Of a stretch of 64,000 nucleotides of DNA, positions 1 to 10,845 are shown one piece after another. The first letter of the stretch is position 1, and every line of letters starts with the position of its first letter. Under the pieces are notes generated by a model that saw only the letters and a list, made by a program, of their open reading frames with translations, had not been told where the DNA came from and did not search any database. The translations under genes and the position numbers were made by a program. Source of the DNA: an uncultured bacterium (GTDB lineage Bacteria; Chloroflexota; UBA5177; JANWHV01); the NCBI GenBank assembly GCA_963827235.1, contig CAWHAE010000014.1, positions 128,001 through 192,000 on the forward strand. Reading direction: 5' to 3'.

Positions 1-1
1 C

Positions 2-334
2 GTGTCGGACGCCGTGTGGGCCACGCTGCTGGCGGGCGAGCGCGACGAGGCAATCGGCGAGGCATTCAACGTCGGCTCTTCGGGAGAAATCAGTATCATT
101 GATGCGGCGGAGTTAGTGCTGTCTTTGACCGGCAGCCGAGCCCAGGTCCGCTATCAACAGTACGTGGACGTGTTTGGCCCGCGCTTCGAGGATACGCGGC
201 GGCGGGTTCCCGACGTGCGAAAGGCAGAGAAGGTGCTGGGTTTCAGCGCAGCAGTATCGCTTCGAGATGGCATATCCCTCACGGCAGATTGGTGGCGCGC
301 CAGGCTGGATAGTCAGACGGGCTCGCGGCCTTGA
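2..334 (+). CDS. NAD-dependent epimerase/dehydratase, C-terminal part (5' end outside window)
   Basis: GEAFNVGS...EISI..A and RRRVPDVRKAEKVLGF...LRDGI are typical C-terminal motifs of nucleotide-sugar epimerases (extended SDR). Confidence 0.85.
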   Translation: MSDAVWATLLAGERDEAIGEAFNVGSSGEISIIDAAELVLSLTGSRAQVRYQQYVDVFGPRFEDTRRRVPDVRKAEKVLGFSAAVSLRDGISLTADWWRARLDSQTGSRP

Positions 335-3043
335 ATCCACGTACGTCGGCTTTGACTCGCGTGCTGGACGCACTGCTCGAGCTCGGCTGGCTCTTTGCCA
401 TCCTTTCGGTGCCAACCTTCTTCAACCTTCGCGACGCTCGCATCTTCGAGCCGGACAAGATCGTGCTGCTGCGCGACATCGTCATCATCATGGTTATCGC
501 CTTCCTGGTCAAGATCGTCTATGTGTTGCCGTACTACCTGATGAGGTGGTCCGGCAGCCAGGGAACGGAACAATCCGGAAGCCCCACTGGCGACCTCAAG
601 GCATGGCTGCAGCGCCGGCCTACCGTCGTGGCTGCGCTCGTCTTCGCTGTGGTCTATCTTCTAGCCACATTTCGCTCTCTCCTGCCGTACACGAGCTTCT
701 GGGGCTCCTACGACCGCATGGAGGGCACCTACACCTATCTCACATACATCACGCTATTCCTGCTCATGGTCGGGCACCTGAAGAGCTGGGAACAGTTTGA
801 GCGGGTGGTTACCGCCGTCATCTTGTCCAGCATTCCCTGCGCTGCCTATAGCTGGGTGCAGAGATTCAATCTCGATCCCTTGGTCTGGGGCGGTTCCGGT
901 CCAACGGCAGCCATGCGCACGCCCTCGTCACTGGGCAATCCTATCTTTGAGGCTGCATTCCTGCTCATGACCGTGCCGTTCACGCTCCACCGACTCGTCC
1001 CGGGCGGGGTGCGCTGGTGGCGCGCGGTCAGGAGCCGGTCGGAGGTCCTGTCCGCACGCTTCTACGCTGGAATGGCAGGCTACTCCGCCGCGCTGTTGCT
1101 CCAGGTCGGTGCGATTATCTTCTCGGGTAGCCGAGGTCCTGGGCTGGGCTTCCTGGCGGCCCTGGTCGTCTTTGGCCTGGCTCTGGCCGTTCGTCGCCAT
1201 GTGAAGTGGCTGCTCCGTGTCGTCGCTGCCGGCGCGCTGGTTCTCGTCGCGACCTTTGGTGTCACGAATACGGTGCTGAAAGCCAGCAGTACCCCGCAGG
1301 CCGGTTTTTCGCGTTTCCTGTATCTGTTGCCCAGCGAATCCGGCACTTCGGAAGTGCGGTCGTTGTTGTGGAATAGCGCTCCATCGCTGGTAAAGGCACA
1401 TCCGGTGCTCGGCTGCGGGCCGGAGGTGCTTATATTCTGCTGGTACCCATACTTCCCGAGTGGGCTCCGCGCCATTGAGCTGGCGAATGCCGCGCCGGAC
1501 CGCAGCCACAACGAGGACATCGACGTCGTGCTGACCACGGGTCTGCTCGGCGCGCTCGCCTACCTGGCGCTGATTGCGTCGATCATCTACACGCAGATAC
1601 GGCTACTCTTGCGGGCCTCGGACCTGCGCAGCATGACCTTCGCGGCGGCGCTGTTGGCCATGCTGATCGGTCACATAGTCGAGGCATTCGTGGGCATTGC
1701 CTTCTCGGCGACCCTGCTGCTCATCTGGTGCCTTGCAGCGTTGAGCACGGTGCTTGCAAGCGGCGAGGAGATCGGCGCGCCAGCATCGTACAGACCGTCT
1801 CTTGCGGAGAGTCTTGCCGCCGCTGACGCAATACGCTCAGTGGGAGAGGAAGCGAAGACCGAAGGCAACCGGAGGCCGGCAAGCGAGTCAGCCGGCAGAG
1901 CCGTCCGGCGGGCAAGGAACGACCGCCGTGGCCCGCAGGACAGGGGTGCCTCTCGCGCCCCTTCCGCCGTGTATTCGTTCGCCGATCATTTGGGACGTCA
2001 GGGCGGACGAGGCGTGCTGATAATTGCCTTGTCGGTACTGGTTGCCGCGGCGCTGATCGTGGCGTCCTGCTTCCAATTCGTGGCCAACATCCAGCTCATA
2101 CAGGCCGACTACGACTACCGCGTGGGTCAAGGACTCGAGCAGTCGGCGAACAATCTGCAGAGTCAGCGCGGCCAGACTTCGTATGCGGAGCAGACATACG
2201 TTGCCGCGATCGGCCAGTACCAGGATGCACTCAATACGCTGCCGTCGTGGAACGGAACGCCCAAGTATGACGACTACAGCCTCTTCCTGGGCAAAGTCTA
2301 CCTCGAATACGGTCAGCTGCTCTACAGCGACCTTCAGAGCAGCTCGGGAGGCACGGCGACGCTGGCGCAGGTCGAGAGCGCGTTTCAGAGCGCGGCCAAC
2401 GTGTTCGAGGCCGCAGCCAAAGCCAATCCGCTGAACCCGGACCATCCGCGCAACCTCGGCAAGCTGTTCCTCCAGTGGTCGGGCATCGACTCGAACACGC
2501 CGGACCTGCAGAAGCTGAAGACCGCCGACATACTACTTCAAGCAGGCCGCCGCACTGGCTCCGCACAACGCGGATATTCCCGACGAGTGGACACTGGTGA
2601 ACATGGTTATCGGAGACTCGTACCCCAACCTGGCACGGGCGCAGTATGCAGCGGCCCTGTCGCATCTGATGGACGCTCTCCAGCTCTATCCCGAGAGCGG
2701 CGCCGCATTCCGCGACCTGGGCTCGGTCTACGCCAAGTACGCGGAGTTCGCGGCAGCCGATAACAAGTCGAGCTCTCAGCTTCGTTACCTTGGGCTGGCG
2801 CGCGACGCCTGGATCAAGGCCGTGGAGTATAACGCTCCTCAGGACCAGAGCGTGTACCCGAAACTTACCTCGCTCGAGTATCAGGTGTTCCACGATTACT
2901 GCGCGGCTGGCACCTACGCGCAGGCCGGTCAGCAGCTTCTGCAGAGCAAGACACTCCCCGATTCGAACGGCCAGTACGCGGCACTCTTCCAGCAAGCGAT
3001 CGCCGCGGCCCGCAGTCACGGTTGCCGCCTCTCGGGCCAGTGA
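331..3043 (+). pseudogene. O-antigen-ligase (Wzy_C)-like multi-TM protein with C-terminal TPRs; frameshifted at ~2530 (probably a sequencing error)
   Basis: Many TM helices; motifs SSLGNP, SGSRG, LGCGPE, DRSHN. Removing the A at 2530 joins ORF 331..2763 to ORF 2597..3043 as ...ADYYFKQAAALAPHNADIP..., a TPR-like repeat. Confidence 0.8.
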
Positions 3044-4149
3044 GCGCCTATCTATTGTCGTTTGTGTTGGCCATGGCCGTGGCCTACGCGGCCACGCCTG
3101 TCGCCAGGCGGGCGGCGATTCACCTCGACATCGTCGACCATCCCAGTGCGCGAAAGGTCCATAGCTCACCCATCCCATACCTGGGGGGTGTAGCGATCTA
3201 CCTGGCTTTCATCGTCATTCTGGTGCTGGCGGTAGGACCCGATGACCGGGATTCCGGATTCTCCGTGGCGACCGGGCAACTGATTGCCATCGTCGGCGGC
3301 GCCTCGCTCATGGCGCTGATGGGTCTGCTCGACGACCGCTACGACCTTCCTGCCGGGATCAAGCTGCTGGGCCAGCTGATCGGTGCCGCCATCCTGCTCA
3401 TCGCCCAGGTGGAGATCCACTTCAATCACCACTTGTTTGCCCCTCTGGAGGCTCCCGTTACGGTCGTCTGGGTGGTAGGCATCACCAATGCCTTCAATCT
3501 GATGGACAACATGGACGGGCTGGCGGTAGGCACGGCCGGCATCGCGGCCACGTTCTTCTTCATTCACGCCATCCTGGCCCTGCCGATGCAGAGCTTCGTG
3601 GCATCGCTGGCTGCCGCGCTGGCAGGCGCCTGCTTCGGATTCCTGTTCTATAATTGGAGCCCTGCCAAGATATTCATGGGTGACGCGGGCTCGCTATTCC
3701 TGGGCTACACGCTTTCGGCGCTCGCCCTCAAGCTTAGTCTCTCGACCACCAGTCCGCAGCTCGTGCAGCTCGCGCTCCGCGCCGGCTATTCGTCCGGTGT
3801 AACCCAGAATCTTCACGCAATAGCGCTCATGGCTCCCGTGGTCGTGCTCGGCGTTCCGATTTTCGACACTACAATGGTCACCCTGTCCCGCCTTCGACGC
3901 GGCGTACCCGTCTCGCAGGGTGGCCGCGATCACCTGTCGCACCGTCTCGTCGGCGCTGGACTGACCCACAGGGAAGCGGTGATGAGCCTCTACCTGGCCA
4001 CCTGCGCCCTAGGGGGCCTGAGCATCGTGCTCACCCGAGTGAATCTCGACGAAGGTATCTTCGTCCTGGCCGCTTTGATGCTGGCAGCCATGTACTTCTT
4101 CACCCATTTCGAGCGCATGTACCGCGAACAGACATCACCCCATCCATGA
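3040..4149 (+). CDS. MraY/WecA-family undecaprenyl-phosphate sugar-1-phosphate transferase
   Basis: RKVH..PIPYLGG, GLLDD, NAFNLMDNMDGL, IFMGDAGS, RDHLSHRL; GTG start overlaps the upstream TGA. Confidence 0.92.
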   Translation: MSAYLLSFVLAMAVAYAATPVARRAAIHLDIVDHPSARKVHSSPIPYLGGVAIYLAFIVILVLAVGPDDRDSGFSVATGQLIAIVGGASLMALMGLLDDRYDLPAGIKLLGQLIGAAILLIAQVEIHFNHHLFAPLEAPVTVVWVVGITNAFNLMDNMDGLAVGTAGIAATFFFIHAILALPMQSFVASLAAALAGACFGFLFYNWSPAKIFMGDAGSLFLGYTLSALALKLSLSTTSPQLVQLALRAGYSSGVTQNLHAIALMAPVVVLGVPIFDTTMVTLSRLRRGVPVSQGGRDHLSHRLVGAGLTHREAVMSLYLATCALGGLSIVLTRVNLDEGIFVLAALMLAAMYFFTHFERMYREQTSPHP

Positions 4150-4183
4150 GCAACGGGATGGGTTTGGCAAGGAGACGGTTGCC

Positions 4184-5167
4184 ATGGCATTTCCAACGTC
4201 CCGCCCGCGCAGACTCCGCCGGTCGGCGGCCATTCGCTCCCTCGTAGCAGAGACACGCGTCCAGGTCGACGATCTCATTGCGCCGCTGTTCTTCGATGCG
4301 CGCCTCCGTCATCCGCAGAGCCTGGAGTCCATGCCGGGACAGGTCCGATGGCCGGTCTCTGAGGCATCCGCTGCCTGTGGACCGCTCGTAGAGGCAGGAG
4401 TGAAGGCCGTGCTGCTGTTCGGTCTGCCGGACTTCAAGGACGAGGAGGGCAGCTCGAGCTGGCAGAAAGACGGCGTCATCCAGCAGTCGATCGCCGCCAT
4501 CCGGGCCCATTTCCCCGACTTGCAGATCATCACCGACGTCTGCCTCTGCGAATACACGTCTCACGGTCATTGCGGCGTATTGCGTGGTGGAGACGTGGAC
4601 AACGATGCCTCGCTGCCACTTCTTGCACGCCAGGCCATCTCCCACGCGGAGGCCGGCGCGGACATCGTCGCGCCGTCCGACATGATGGACGGGCGGGTAG
4701 CGGAGCTGCGCCGGAGCCTCGATAGCTGCTCCATGGAGCACATAGCCATCATGGCCTACTCCGCCAAGTACGCTTCGGCCTTCTACGGTCCGTTTCGTGA
4801 GGCGGCGGAGTCCGCTCCCGCGTTCGGCGACCGGCGGACGTATCAGATGGATCCGGCGAACGCGCGCGAGGCGATTGCCGAAGCCGCCCTCGACGTGGTC
4901 GAAGGTGCCGACATCGTCATGGTGAAACCCGCCCTCGCCTATCTCGACGTCATTCGTCGCGTGCGCGAGTCGGTCAACTGCCCCGTAGCGGCATATAACG
5001 TCAGCGGTGAGTACGCCATGGTCAAGGCTGCCGCGGCAGCGGGCTGGATCGACGAGCAGCGTGCGATCAAGGAAGTGCTCACCTCGATCAAGCGAGCCGG
5101 CGCCGACCTGATCATCACCTATCACTCCCTCGAGGCGGCACGCTCCCTTGCTGCCGGCAACTGGTAG
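4184..5167 (+). CDS. hemB: Porphobilinogen synthase (delta-aminolevulinate dehydratase)
   Basis: RPRRLR, Zn-binding DVCLCEYTSHGHCG, APSDMMDGR, YSAKYASAFYGPFR, MVKPAL. Confidence 0.97.
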   Translation: MAFPTSRPRRLRRSAAIRSLVAETRVQVDDLIAPLFFDARLRHPQSLESMPGQVRWPVSEASAACGPLVEAGVKAVLLFGLPDFKDEEGSSSWQKDGVIQQSIAAIRAHFPDLQIITDVCLCEYTSHGHCGVLRGGDVDNDASLPLLARQAISHAEAGADIVAPSDMMDGRVAELRRSLDSCSMEHIAIMAYSAKYASAFYGPFREAAESAPAFGDRRTYQMDPANAREAIAEAALDVVEGADIVMVKPALAYLDVIRRVRESVNCPVAAYNVSGEYAMVKAAAAAGWIDEQRAIKEVLTSIKRAGADLIITYHSLEAARSLAAGNW

Positions 5168-5250
5168 CGGTGTCGCAGGAATGCCCGACGGTATGTGCGA
5201 GGCCCTGCCTGTGTCGAGATCACTGATCCCGACTGCGACCGGACTCGCTC

Positions 5251-5763
5251 CTACTCCTGGCGGCCCCGATCGGTGCTGGCGTTCAGCGATCGTTCCGTGA
5301 TGCGCCTCACCAAATCGGCCTCGTTGGAGTAGCGGAGAGTATCCCTGGCGTATCCTACAGGAAACCAGGCGACGAGATCGTACTCGTGGTCGTGCAGCGA
5401 CGGATCGCCGCCAATCGCGACCATGGTGTAGTAGGCGACTCGCTTGCGGTACCGGATGCCTCGGTCCAGGAAGCTGTATGCAATGACCCCGGCAAACCCC
5501 GTGATCGCCACTTCGAGCCCGGTCTCCTCGCGGACCTCGCGCAGCGCAGTCTGTTGCGCGCTTTCGCCCGGAAGCGGCGTGCCCTTGGGAAGTGCCCAGA
5601 GCTGCCGGTCACGCGACTGCAGATCGCGCCCGACGAGCAGGATCTCGCGCAGGTTGGCCTGCCCGCGCATCACGATGCCGCCGGCGGAAAAGGCATGCAC
5701 GATCCGGCGCGACGGCGCGTCCACCTTCTCGGCGTATTGCGGATCAGGCGTGCTGGCATTCAT
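5251..5763 (-). CDS. NUDIX hydrolase
   Basis: Nudix box LPKG...GESAQQTALREVREETGL. Confidence 0.9.
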   Translation of the reverse strand: MNASTPDPQYAEKVDAPSRRIVHAFSAGGIVMRGQANLREILLVGRDLQSRDRQLWALPKGTPLPGESAQQTALREVREETGLEVAITGFAGVIAYSFLDRGIRYRKRVAYYTMVAIGGDPSLHDHEYDLVAWFPVGYARDTLRYSNEADLVRRITERSLNASTDRGRQE

Positions 5764-6632
5764 CGGTTACGCTCGCCCTCCGATGAACTCTGCGCAACAT
5801 CATGTATGACGCCAGGCAGCCGGCTGCTGCCAGTCGCCGTTGGATCAGACTCAACGTGCTGCCCGCGATCGGTCCATGCATCTGCCGCGGAATGAGCGGC
5901 AGCCTCCGGGGCTCCACGCCTGGATCGCGGCTGTTCCTGCAGCGCCGCCGCGATCTCGACCAGACGATCGCGCAAAGCAGACTGCCGTCCCTCGGCGAAC
6001 AGGCAGTCGCGACCTGCTGCTACGCCGCCAAGGCCTTGTTCGGAGTCGCCCTCGCCGCTCATGACACGTGCGAAGCGGGCGAGATCTTCGAGGCAGCTCT
6101 GTTCGCAGCCAATCAGGTGTGCGGTGCCCAGCACGGCAAGGGAGTACAGGCCGTAGACCATTCCGTCCGGCCCCGCGTCTCGCTCGCGCAAGACCTCGCC
6201 CATGCATTGTTGCTTGATCACTTCGGCAAGGAGGCGCATTACGGTGAGATTCCGCAGTCCGGCGGTGATGAATGAGGCCTGTGAGTAAAGATAGTCGCCG
6301 GCCAAGACAATCAGTTGCAAGTCGATGGCCGGCTGCTCTGCCGGCACCAGCGGATCGCCCTGCAAGATCTGGCGGTGGGCGAGGCCTGCGACTTCGACGA
6401 TCTGTATAGCCGCCGCGAAGCGAAGCACCTGCTCCGGTACGGTGCCGGCACAGGCCAGTGCTATGAGCAATGCGACGCCACCGGTGAGCGGGTTGCCGTG
6501 GCGTTCCAGCAGGGTCTGAACGACATGGTGAAGATACTCACCGTCCGCTTCACCGAGCTGGGCCAGGATACGCGTCACCTGACGCGCGTCATCACTGACC
6601 GGGTCGAGGAGGTAGGCGCGCCTGTCATTCAT
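5760..6632 (-). CDS. Polyprenyl-diphosphate synthase-like protein lacking the aspartate-rich motifs
   Basis: AAAIQIVEVAGLAH and VLAGDYLYSQA resemble trans-prenyltransferases, but the DDxxD motifs are absent. Confidence 0.65.
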   Translation of the reverse strand: MNDRRAYLLDPVSDDARQVTRILAQLGEADGEYLHHVVQTLLERHGNPLTGGVALLIALACAGTVPEQVLRFAAAIQIVEVAGLAHRQILQGDPLVPAEQPAIDLQLIVLAGDYLYSQASFITAGLRNLTVMRLLAEVIKQQCMGEVLRERDAGPDGMVYGLYSLAVLGTAHLIGCEQSCLEDLARFARVMSGEGDSEQGLGGVAAGRDCLFAEGRQSALRDRLVEIAAALQEQPRSRRGAPEAAAHSAADAWTDRGQHVESDPTATGSSRLPGVIHDVAQSSSEGERNR

Positions 6633-6645
6633 GACCTATGCGCCC

Positions 6646-7425
6646 CTAGAATCCAAATAGTCGGCGCGCATTGGCAACAAGTGCTGGAGCGAGCTCATCG
6701 GCGGAGAGGTCACGAACCTTGGCCAGGGTTTCCAGCGTGTGGACCACATTCGCCGGCTCGTTCTTCTTGCCGCGCACCGGTATAGGCGCCAAGTAGGGCG
6801 AATCCGTCTCGACCAGGATCCTGTCAAGCGGAATCTGCTTCGCTGCTTCGCGCAACTGATCGGAGCCGGGGTAGGTCAGATTGCCCGCGAATGATATGTA
6901 GTAGCCGAGCTCGAGGAATCTCACGGCCAGTGACATACTCCCGCCAAAGCAATGCAGCACGCCGCGCACGGAGGTTCCATAGCGCGCCGCTATCGTGTAG
7001 AGCTCCTCATCTGCCTGCCGATTGTGCAGTACGATAGGCAGACCCGTGCGTTGGGCAAGGCGCATGTGCGACACGAGATGGGCCTGCTGGAGCACCGGAT
7101 CCGTATTCTGTCTATAGAAATCGAGCCCGGTCTCCCCAATGGCGCGCACTCGCGGATGTTTTGCCAGATTCTCGAGGCCGGCAAAGTCGTCGCTAGCTCG
7201 GGCGTCGTTGGGGTGAATGCCCACAGCCGCGAAGACGTGGGGAAAGGCATCGGCTATCGCCAGGACTGTGCGGCAGTTGTCGAGATCGACAGCAGGAACG
7301 AGCATACACGACACACCGGCAAGCTCGGCTCTCTCGATGACCGGCGCTGCTTCCGCCGGGGTGATCTCGAGGAAGTGCGTGTGCGTGTCAATACACTCGA
7401 GAATGCCGCCTGTTGCTCGATCCAT
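6646..7425 (-). CDS. tatD: TatD-family hydrolase
   Basis: IDTHTH, VGIHP, AIGETGLD, VLHNR, GVLHCF, LVETDSPYLAP. Confidence 0.93.
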   Translation of the reverse strand: MDRATGGILECIDTHTHFLEITPAEAAPVIERAELAGVSCMLVPAVDLDNCRTVLAIADAFPHVFAAVGIHPNDARASDDFAGLENLAKHPRVRAIGETGLDFYRQNTDPVLQQAHLVSHMRLAQRTGLPIVLHNRQADEELYTIAARYGTSVRGVLHCFGGSMSLAVRFLELGYYISFAGNLTYPGSDQLREAAKQIPLDRILVETDSPYLAPIPVRGKKNEPANVVHTLETLAKVRDLSADELAPALVANARRLFGF

Positions 7426-7574
7426 CTGCGGTAGTCTGCCAATCGGGATGTACGCTGCTCAGCACGAACCATGGCGCAGGCACGGCGCCGGCACGCGGAT
7501 GGGCGCCCTATCCGGAAGCTCGGCCCCACCCCGCGCTTCGCGGATACTATACCACACGGTTTTTGGCCGGGTTC

Positions 7575-7916
7575 TTATCCTGGCGGCCAGCGCATGGCGC
7601 GGCCGGCCAGCACGTGCATGTGGAGGTGATTGATGGTCTGCCCGCCGTCGGCACCCTGGTTCACGACCAGGCGGAATCCGCCGGTGAGCTGCTCGGCGGA
7701 AGCCACTTCCTGCGCCATCTCCATCAATTGGTTCCACATACGGTCCGCCCCAGGAAGTGCACTGATGCCCGTCACGTGAGCCTTCGGGGCTACCAACACG
7801 TGGATTGGCGCCTGAGGATTGACGTCTCGAAAAGCGACGACGTCCTCGTTTTCCGCCACTCGCGAGGACGGTATCTCGCCACGGGCGATGCGGCAGAAGA
7901 TACACGAGTCGCTCAA
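7575..7916 (-). CDS. Histidine triad (HIT) nucleotide-binding protein
   Basis: CIFCRI, AFRDVNPQAPIHVLV, GQTINHLHMHVLAG. Confidence 0.95.
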   Translation of the reverse strand: MSDSCIFCRIARGEIPSSRVAENEDVVAFRDVNPQAPIHVLVAPKAHVTGISALPGADRMWNQLMEMAQEVASAEQLTGGFRLVVNQGADGGQTINHLHMHVLAGRAMRWPPG

Positions 7917-8182
7917 GCAGTAGCTCCTCTCAACCTAGCCCAATCGACGACCGCAAGCCGCCACCTGCCGGGACTCGCCCGCGTTGACTGGCTGCGGCCC
8001 TTCACCCTACAATTCTACAACGTGGCTGCTGAGCATTGCCTGCCGGGCGTGGTGAACGCCTATCTCTCACAGGCAGTGGGTCACGCCCAAGCCCTGGCGG
8101 CGTGCGACTGCGCTGCCCGACGACGATGCCTTCTGGCACCGTCGGGCCGGATCTCAGGTACGATCGCTCACGAGGGAAAAGC

Positions 8183-9787
8183 ATGCATCGCGCAATTGAG
8201 CGGGTCCGTGGCTTCTACGATCTGGATCCGGCTTCCTACAACCGGTGTGAAGCCGTCCTCGGCTCGTTGAAGCAATCGTTCAGGCTGGCGGGCTATTCCC
8301 TGATCGACGCGCCCATCCTCGAGCACCTCGAACTCTATATGCGCAAGAACGGCCCGGAGGTGCTTTCGAAGATCTACGGCCTCGTCGATCAGGGTCGTCG
8401 CGAGCTGGCGCTGCGACCTGAGTTCACTGCCTCCGTCATTCGCGCCATGGCGTCGACGGTGGGCCGTTCTCCGGGTCCAATGCGCGTTGCCTATGCCGGA
8501 CCTGTGTTCCGCTACGAGAAACCCCAGCGGGCGACGACGCGCCAGTTCACCCAGGCCGGCGTCGAGCTGCTTGGCGAGCCCAGCCCCGCCGCCGACGCGG
8601 ATCTCTTGGCGCTGGCGTGCGACGCCGCCCACGCGGCGGGCGTGCCCGACGTGCATGTGGTTGTGGGCCATCTCGGCCCGTTGCGGGCCCTGTTGTCTCA
8701 TCTGAGCGTCGACGGCTACGCCGAAGGCTACCTGCTCGAGCACCTGGAGTACTTCAACCGCGGACCGGCTCAACAGCAGTTGGTGCGGAGGCAGCTCAGC
8801 CTCGATCTGCCGGATGACGGGCTCGGAGACGAAGTCGAACAGGGTGAGCTCGCCGACGCTCTCGGAGACCTTGCCCCGGAGGCAGCGCGCAGCGCCGTGG
8901 CCGGCCTGCTGCGCCAGATGGGCATCGACCTGGCAGGAAGCTCGCGCGCACCCGACGAGATCATCGACAGGGTACTGGACAAGGCGCAACGCCACGCGGC
9001 AGCGAGAAACGGCGCTCGACGGGAGCGCCTCGAGCGCGCGCTGGAGTTCTGCTCCGCCCTTGGAGCGCTGCGTGGGGAGCCGGACGCGGTCCTGCAGGAC
9101 GCAAGTCGGCTACTCAGGGAGTACGACGTGCCTGCCGGAGCTCTGGATGATCTGCGCGAGGTGGTGGACCTGTTCCGCGACCACGACCTTGGCGGCGTCC
9201 GCGTGACGCTGGCGCCGGGCATGGCACGCGGAATAGCCTATTACAGCGGCTTGATATTCGAAATGTATGCTCCCGCGTCCGGCGCGCTGTCGTCCGAGGA
9301 GATCGAGCTTCAGATCTGTGGTGGCGGCCGCTATGACGGCCTGGCACAGGCGATTACCTACGATCGCTCCTTTCCCGCCCTGGGCTTTGCCTTTGGCGTG
9401 GAGCGAGTTCTGCACTGCATTTCGCCGGAAGCCGTCGTGATCGAGGGTCCGCGCAAGGTCGCCCTCGTGCTGCAGCACCCCGGCCTGCGCCGCCCTGCAC
9501 TGCTTGCCGCCGCAGCGCTGCGAGGCGCCGGCTATGCAGCCGTCCTGTCGACGTGCGCTGCCCCGACCGGCAGGTGCCTCGATCGATTGCGGCGCGACGG
9601 CTACTCCGCGGCAGCGATCTTGAGCCGGCAGGACGAAGCGAGCGCCTCTGTCGCAGCCGAGATCACGGCCCTGGACCAGGACGAGGTGCAGTCTGACCTT
9701 CAGCGGCTGCACGAGCTGCTTGCCGACGCGTTGCAGTCGCCGGCCGCGCGACCTCTCATGACTACCAGAGAGGACGGTCGTCCGTGA
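8183..9787 (+). CDS. hisZ: HisZ / HisRS-like ATP phosphoribosyltransferase regulatory subunit
   Basis: LALRPEFT, GPVFRYEKPQ...RQFTQAGVELLG, RGIAYY, GGGRYDGL, GFAFGVER; its stop overlaps the hisG start. Confidence 0.75.
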   Translation: MHRAIERVRGFYDLDPASYNRCEAVLGSLKQSFRLAGYSLIDAPILEHLELYMRKNGPEVLSKIYGLVDQGRRELALRPEFTASVIRAMASTVGRSPGPMRVAYAGPVFRYEKPQRATTRQFTQAGVELLGEPSPAADADLLALACDAAHAAGVPDVHVVVGHLGPLRALLSHLSVDGYAEGYLLEHLEYFNRGPAQQQLVRRQLSLDLPDDGLGDEVEQGELADALGDLAPEAARSAVAGLLRQMGIDLAGSSRAPDEIIDRVLDKAQRHAAARNGARRERLERALEFCSALGALRGEPDAVLQDASRLLREYDVPAGALDDLREVVDLFRDHDLGGVRVTLAPGMARGIAYYSGLIFEMYAPASGALSSEEIELQICGGGRYDGLAQAITYDRSFPALGFAFGVERVLHCISPEAVVIEGPRKVALVLQHPGLRRPALLAAAALRGAGYAAVLSTCAAPTGRCLDRLRRDGYSAAAILSRQDEASASVAAEITALDQDEVQSDLQRLHELLADALQSPAARPLMTTREDGRP

Positions 9788-10845
9788 ACGACGAACTGAG
9801 CGTCGCCGTGCCCAGCAAGGGGGCCATGGAAGAGCCAACCTTGCGGTTTCTCTCGGAGTGCGGCCTGGCCGTCCGCAGAGCGAATCCTCGACAGTACAGC
9901 GCACGGATCAGCGGCGGTGGGGACATGACAGCCGTGTTCCAGCGTGCCGCCGATATTCCGCAGAAGCTCGCCCTTGGCCTGGTAGATGCCGGAATCACCG
10001 GCTACGACATTTTTCGGGAACACACCGGCGAATCCGAAGACGTCGTGGTTGCCATCGAAGATCTGGGCTTTGCGCGTTGCACGTTAGTACTGGCCATTCC
10101 GGAGGCATGGTTGGACGTCTCCACGATGGAGGATCTCTGCGACGTGGCCTCCGAGTTCCGGCAGCGAGGAAGAAGGCTTCGGGTAGCTACCAAGTTCCCT
10201 CGTCTCGTGCGCAGCTTCTTGATGGAGAACGGGCTGTCGAGCCACGCGCTGGTCGAGGGTACCGGCGCACTCGAGATAGCGCCACAAATGGGCTATGCGG
10301 ACATCATCGCCGACATCAACGAGACCGGCACAACGCTGCGAGCAAACCACCTGAAGACCATCACCGGCGGCACCATACTGGCGTCCCAAGCATGCCTGCT
10401 GGTCAACCGGCACAGGCTGCTTCAGTCGGGTGCCCGCCTGGAGTTGGTGCGCGACCTGCTGGAGATGATCGAGGCACATCAGCGTGCCGGGGACGTGGTG
10501 TCGGTGACCGCAAACGTCGAGGCAGACAGCGCAGAGGAAGCCGGCCGCAAGGTGCTGAGCCGCCGGGCCTTGGCCGGGGTGCGCGGACCAACGGTTATGC
10601 CTGTATACGATCCGAACGCACCGGGGCACGTGTTCGCCGTGACGATCGTGATCCGGTGCGAGCTCCTCGGAGAGGTCCGCGATCATCTGCGGTCGTGCGG
10701 CGGGGGTGCGATCACCGTGCAGCGACCGCTCTACCTGTTCGGCGAGCGTTCCGCGGCCTTCGAGTCCTTGAAGGAACTGATCGGGGTAGATCGCGCGCAG
10801 GCGACTGTGAGCGAGGAGGTCGCGGTCAGGCCCGCCCAGCCGTGA
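9784..10845 (+). CDS. hisG: ATP phosphoribosyltransferase (long form, with C-terminal domain)
   Basis: AVPSKG, RAADIP, DAGITGYD, RVATKFP, ADIIADINETGTTLRANHL. Confidence 0.95.
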   Translation: MNDELSVAVPSKGAMEEPTLRFLSECGLAVRRANPRQYSARISGGGDMTAVFQRAADIPQKLALGLVDAGITGYDIFREHTGESEDVVVAIEDLGFARCTLVLAIPEAWLDVSTMEDLCDVASEFRQRGRRLRVATKFPRLVRSFLMENGLSSHALVEGTGALEIAPQMGYADIIADINETGTTLRANHLKTITGGTILASQACLLVNRHRLLQSGARLELVRDLLEMIEAHQRAGDVVSVTANVEADSAEEAGRKVLSRRALAGVRGPTVMPVYDPNAPGHVFAVTIVIRCELLGEVRDHLRSCGGGAITVQRPLYLFGERSAAFESLKELIGVDRAQATVSEEVAVRPAQP

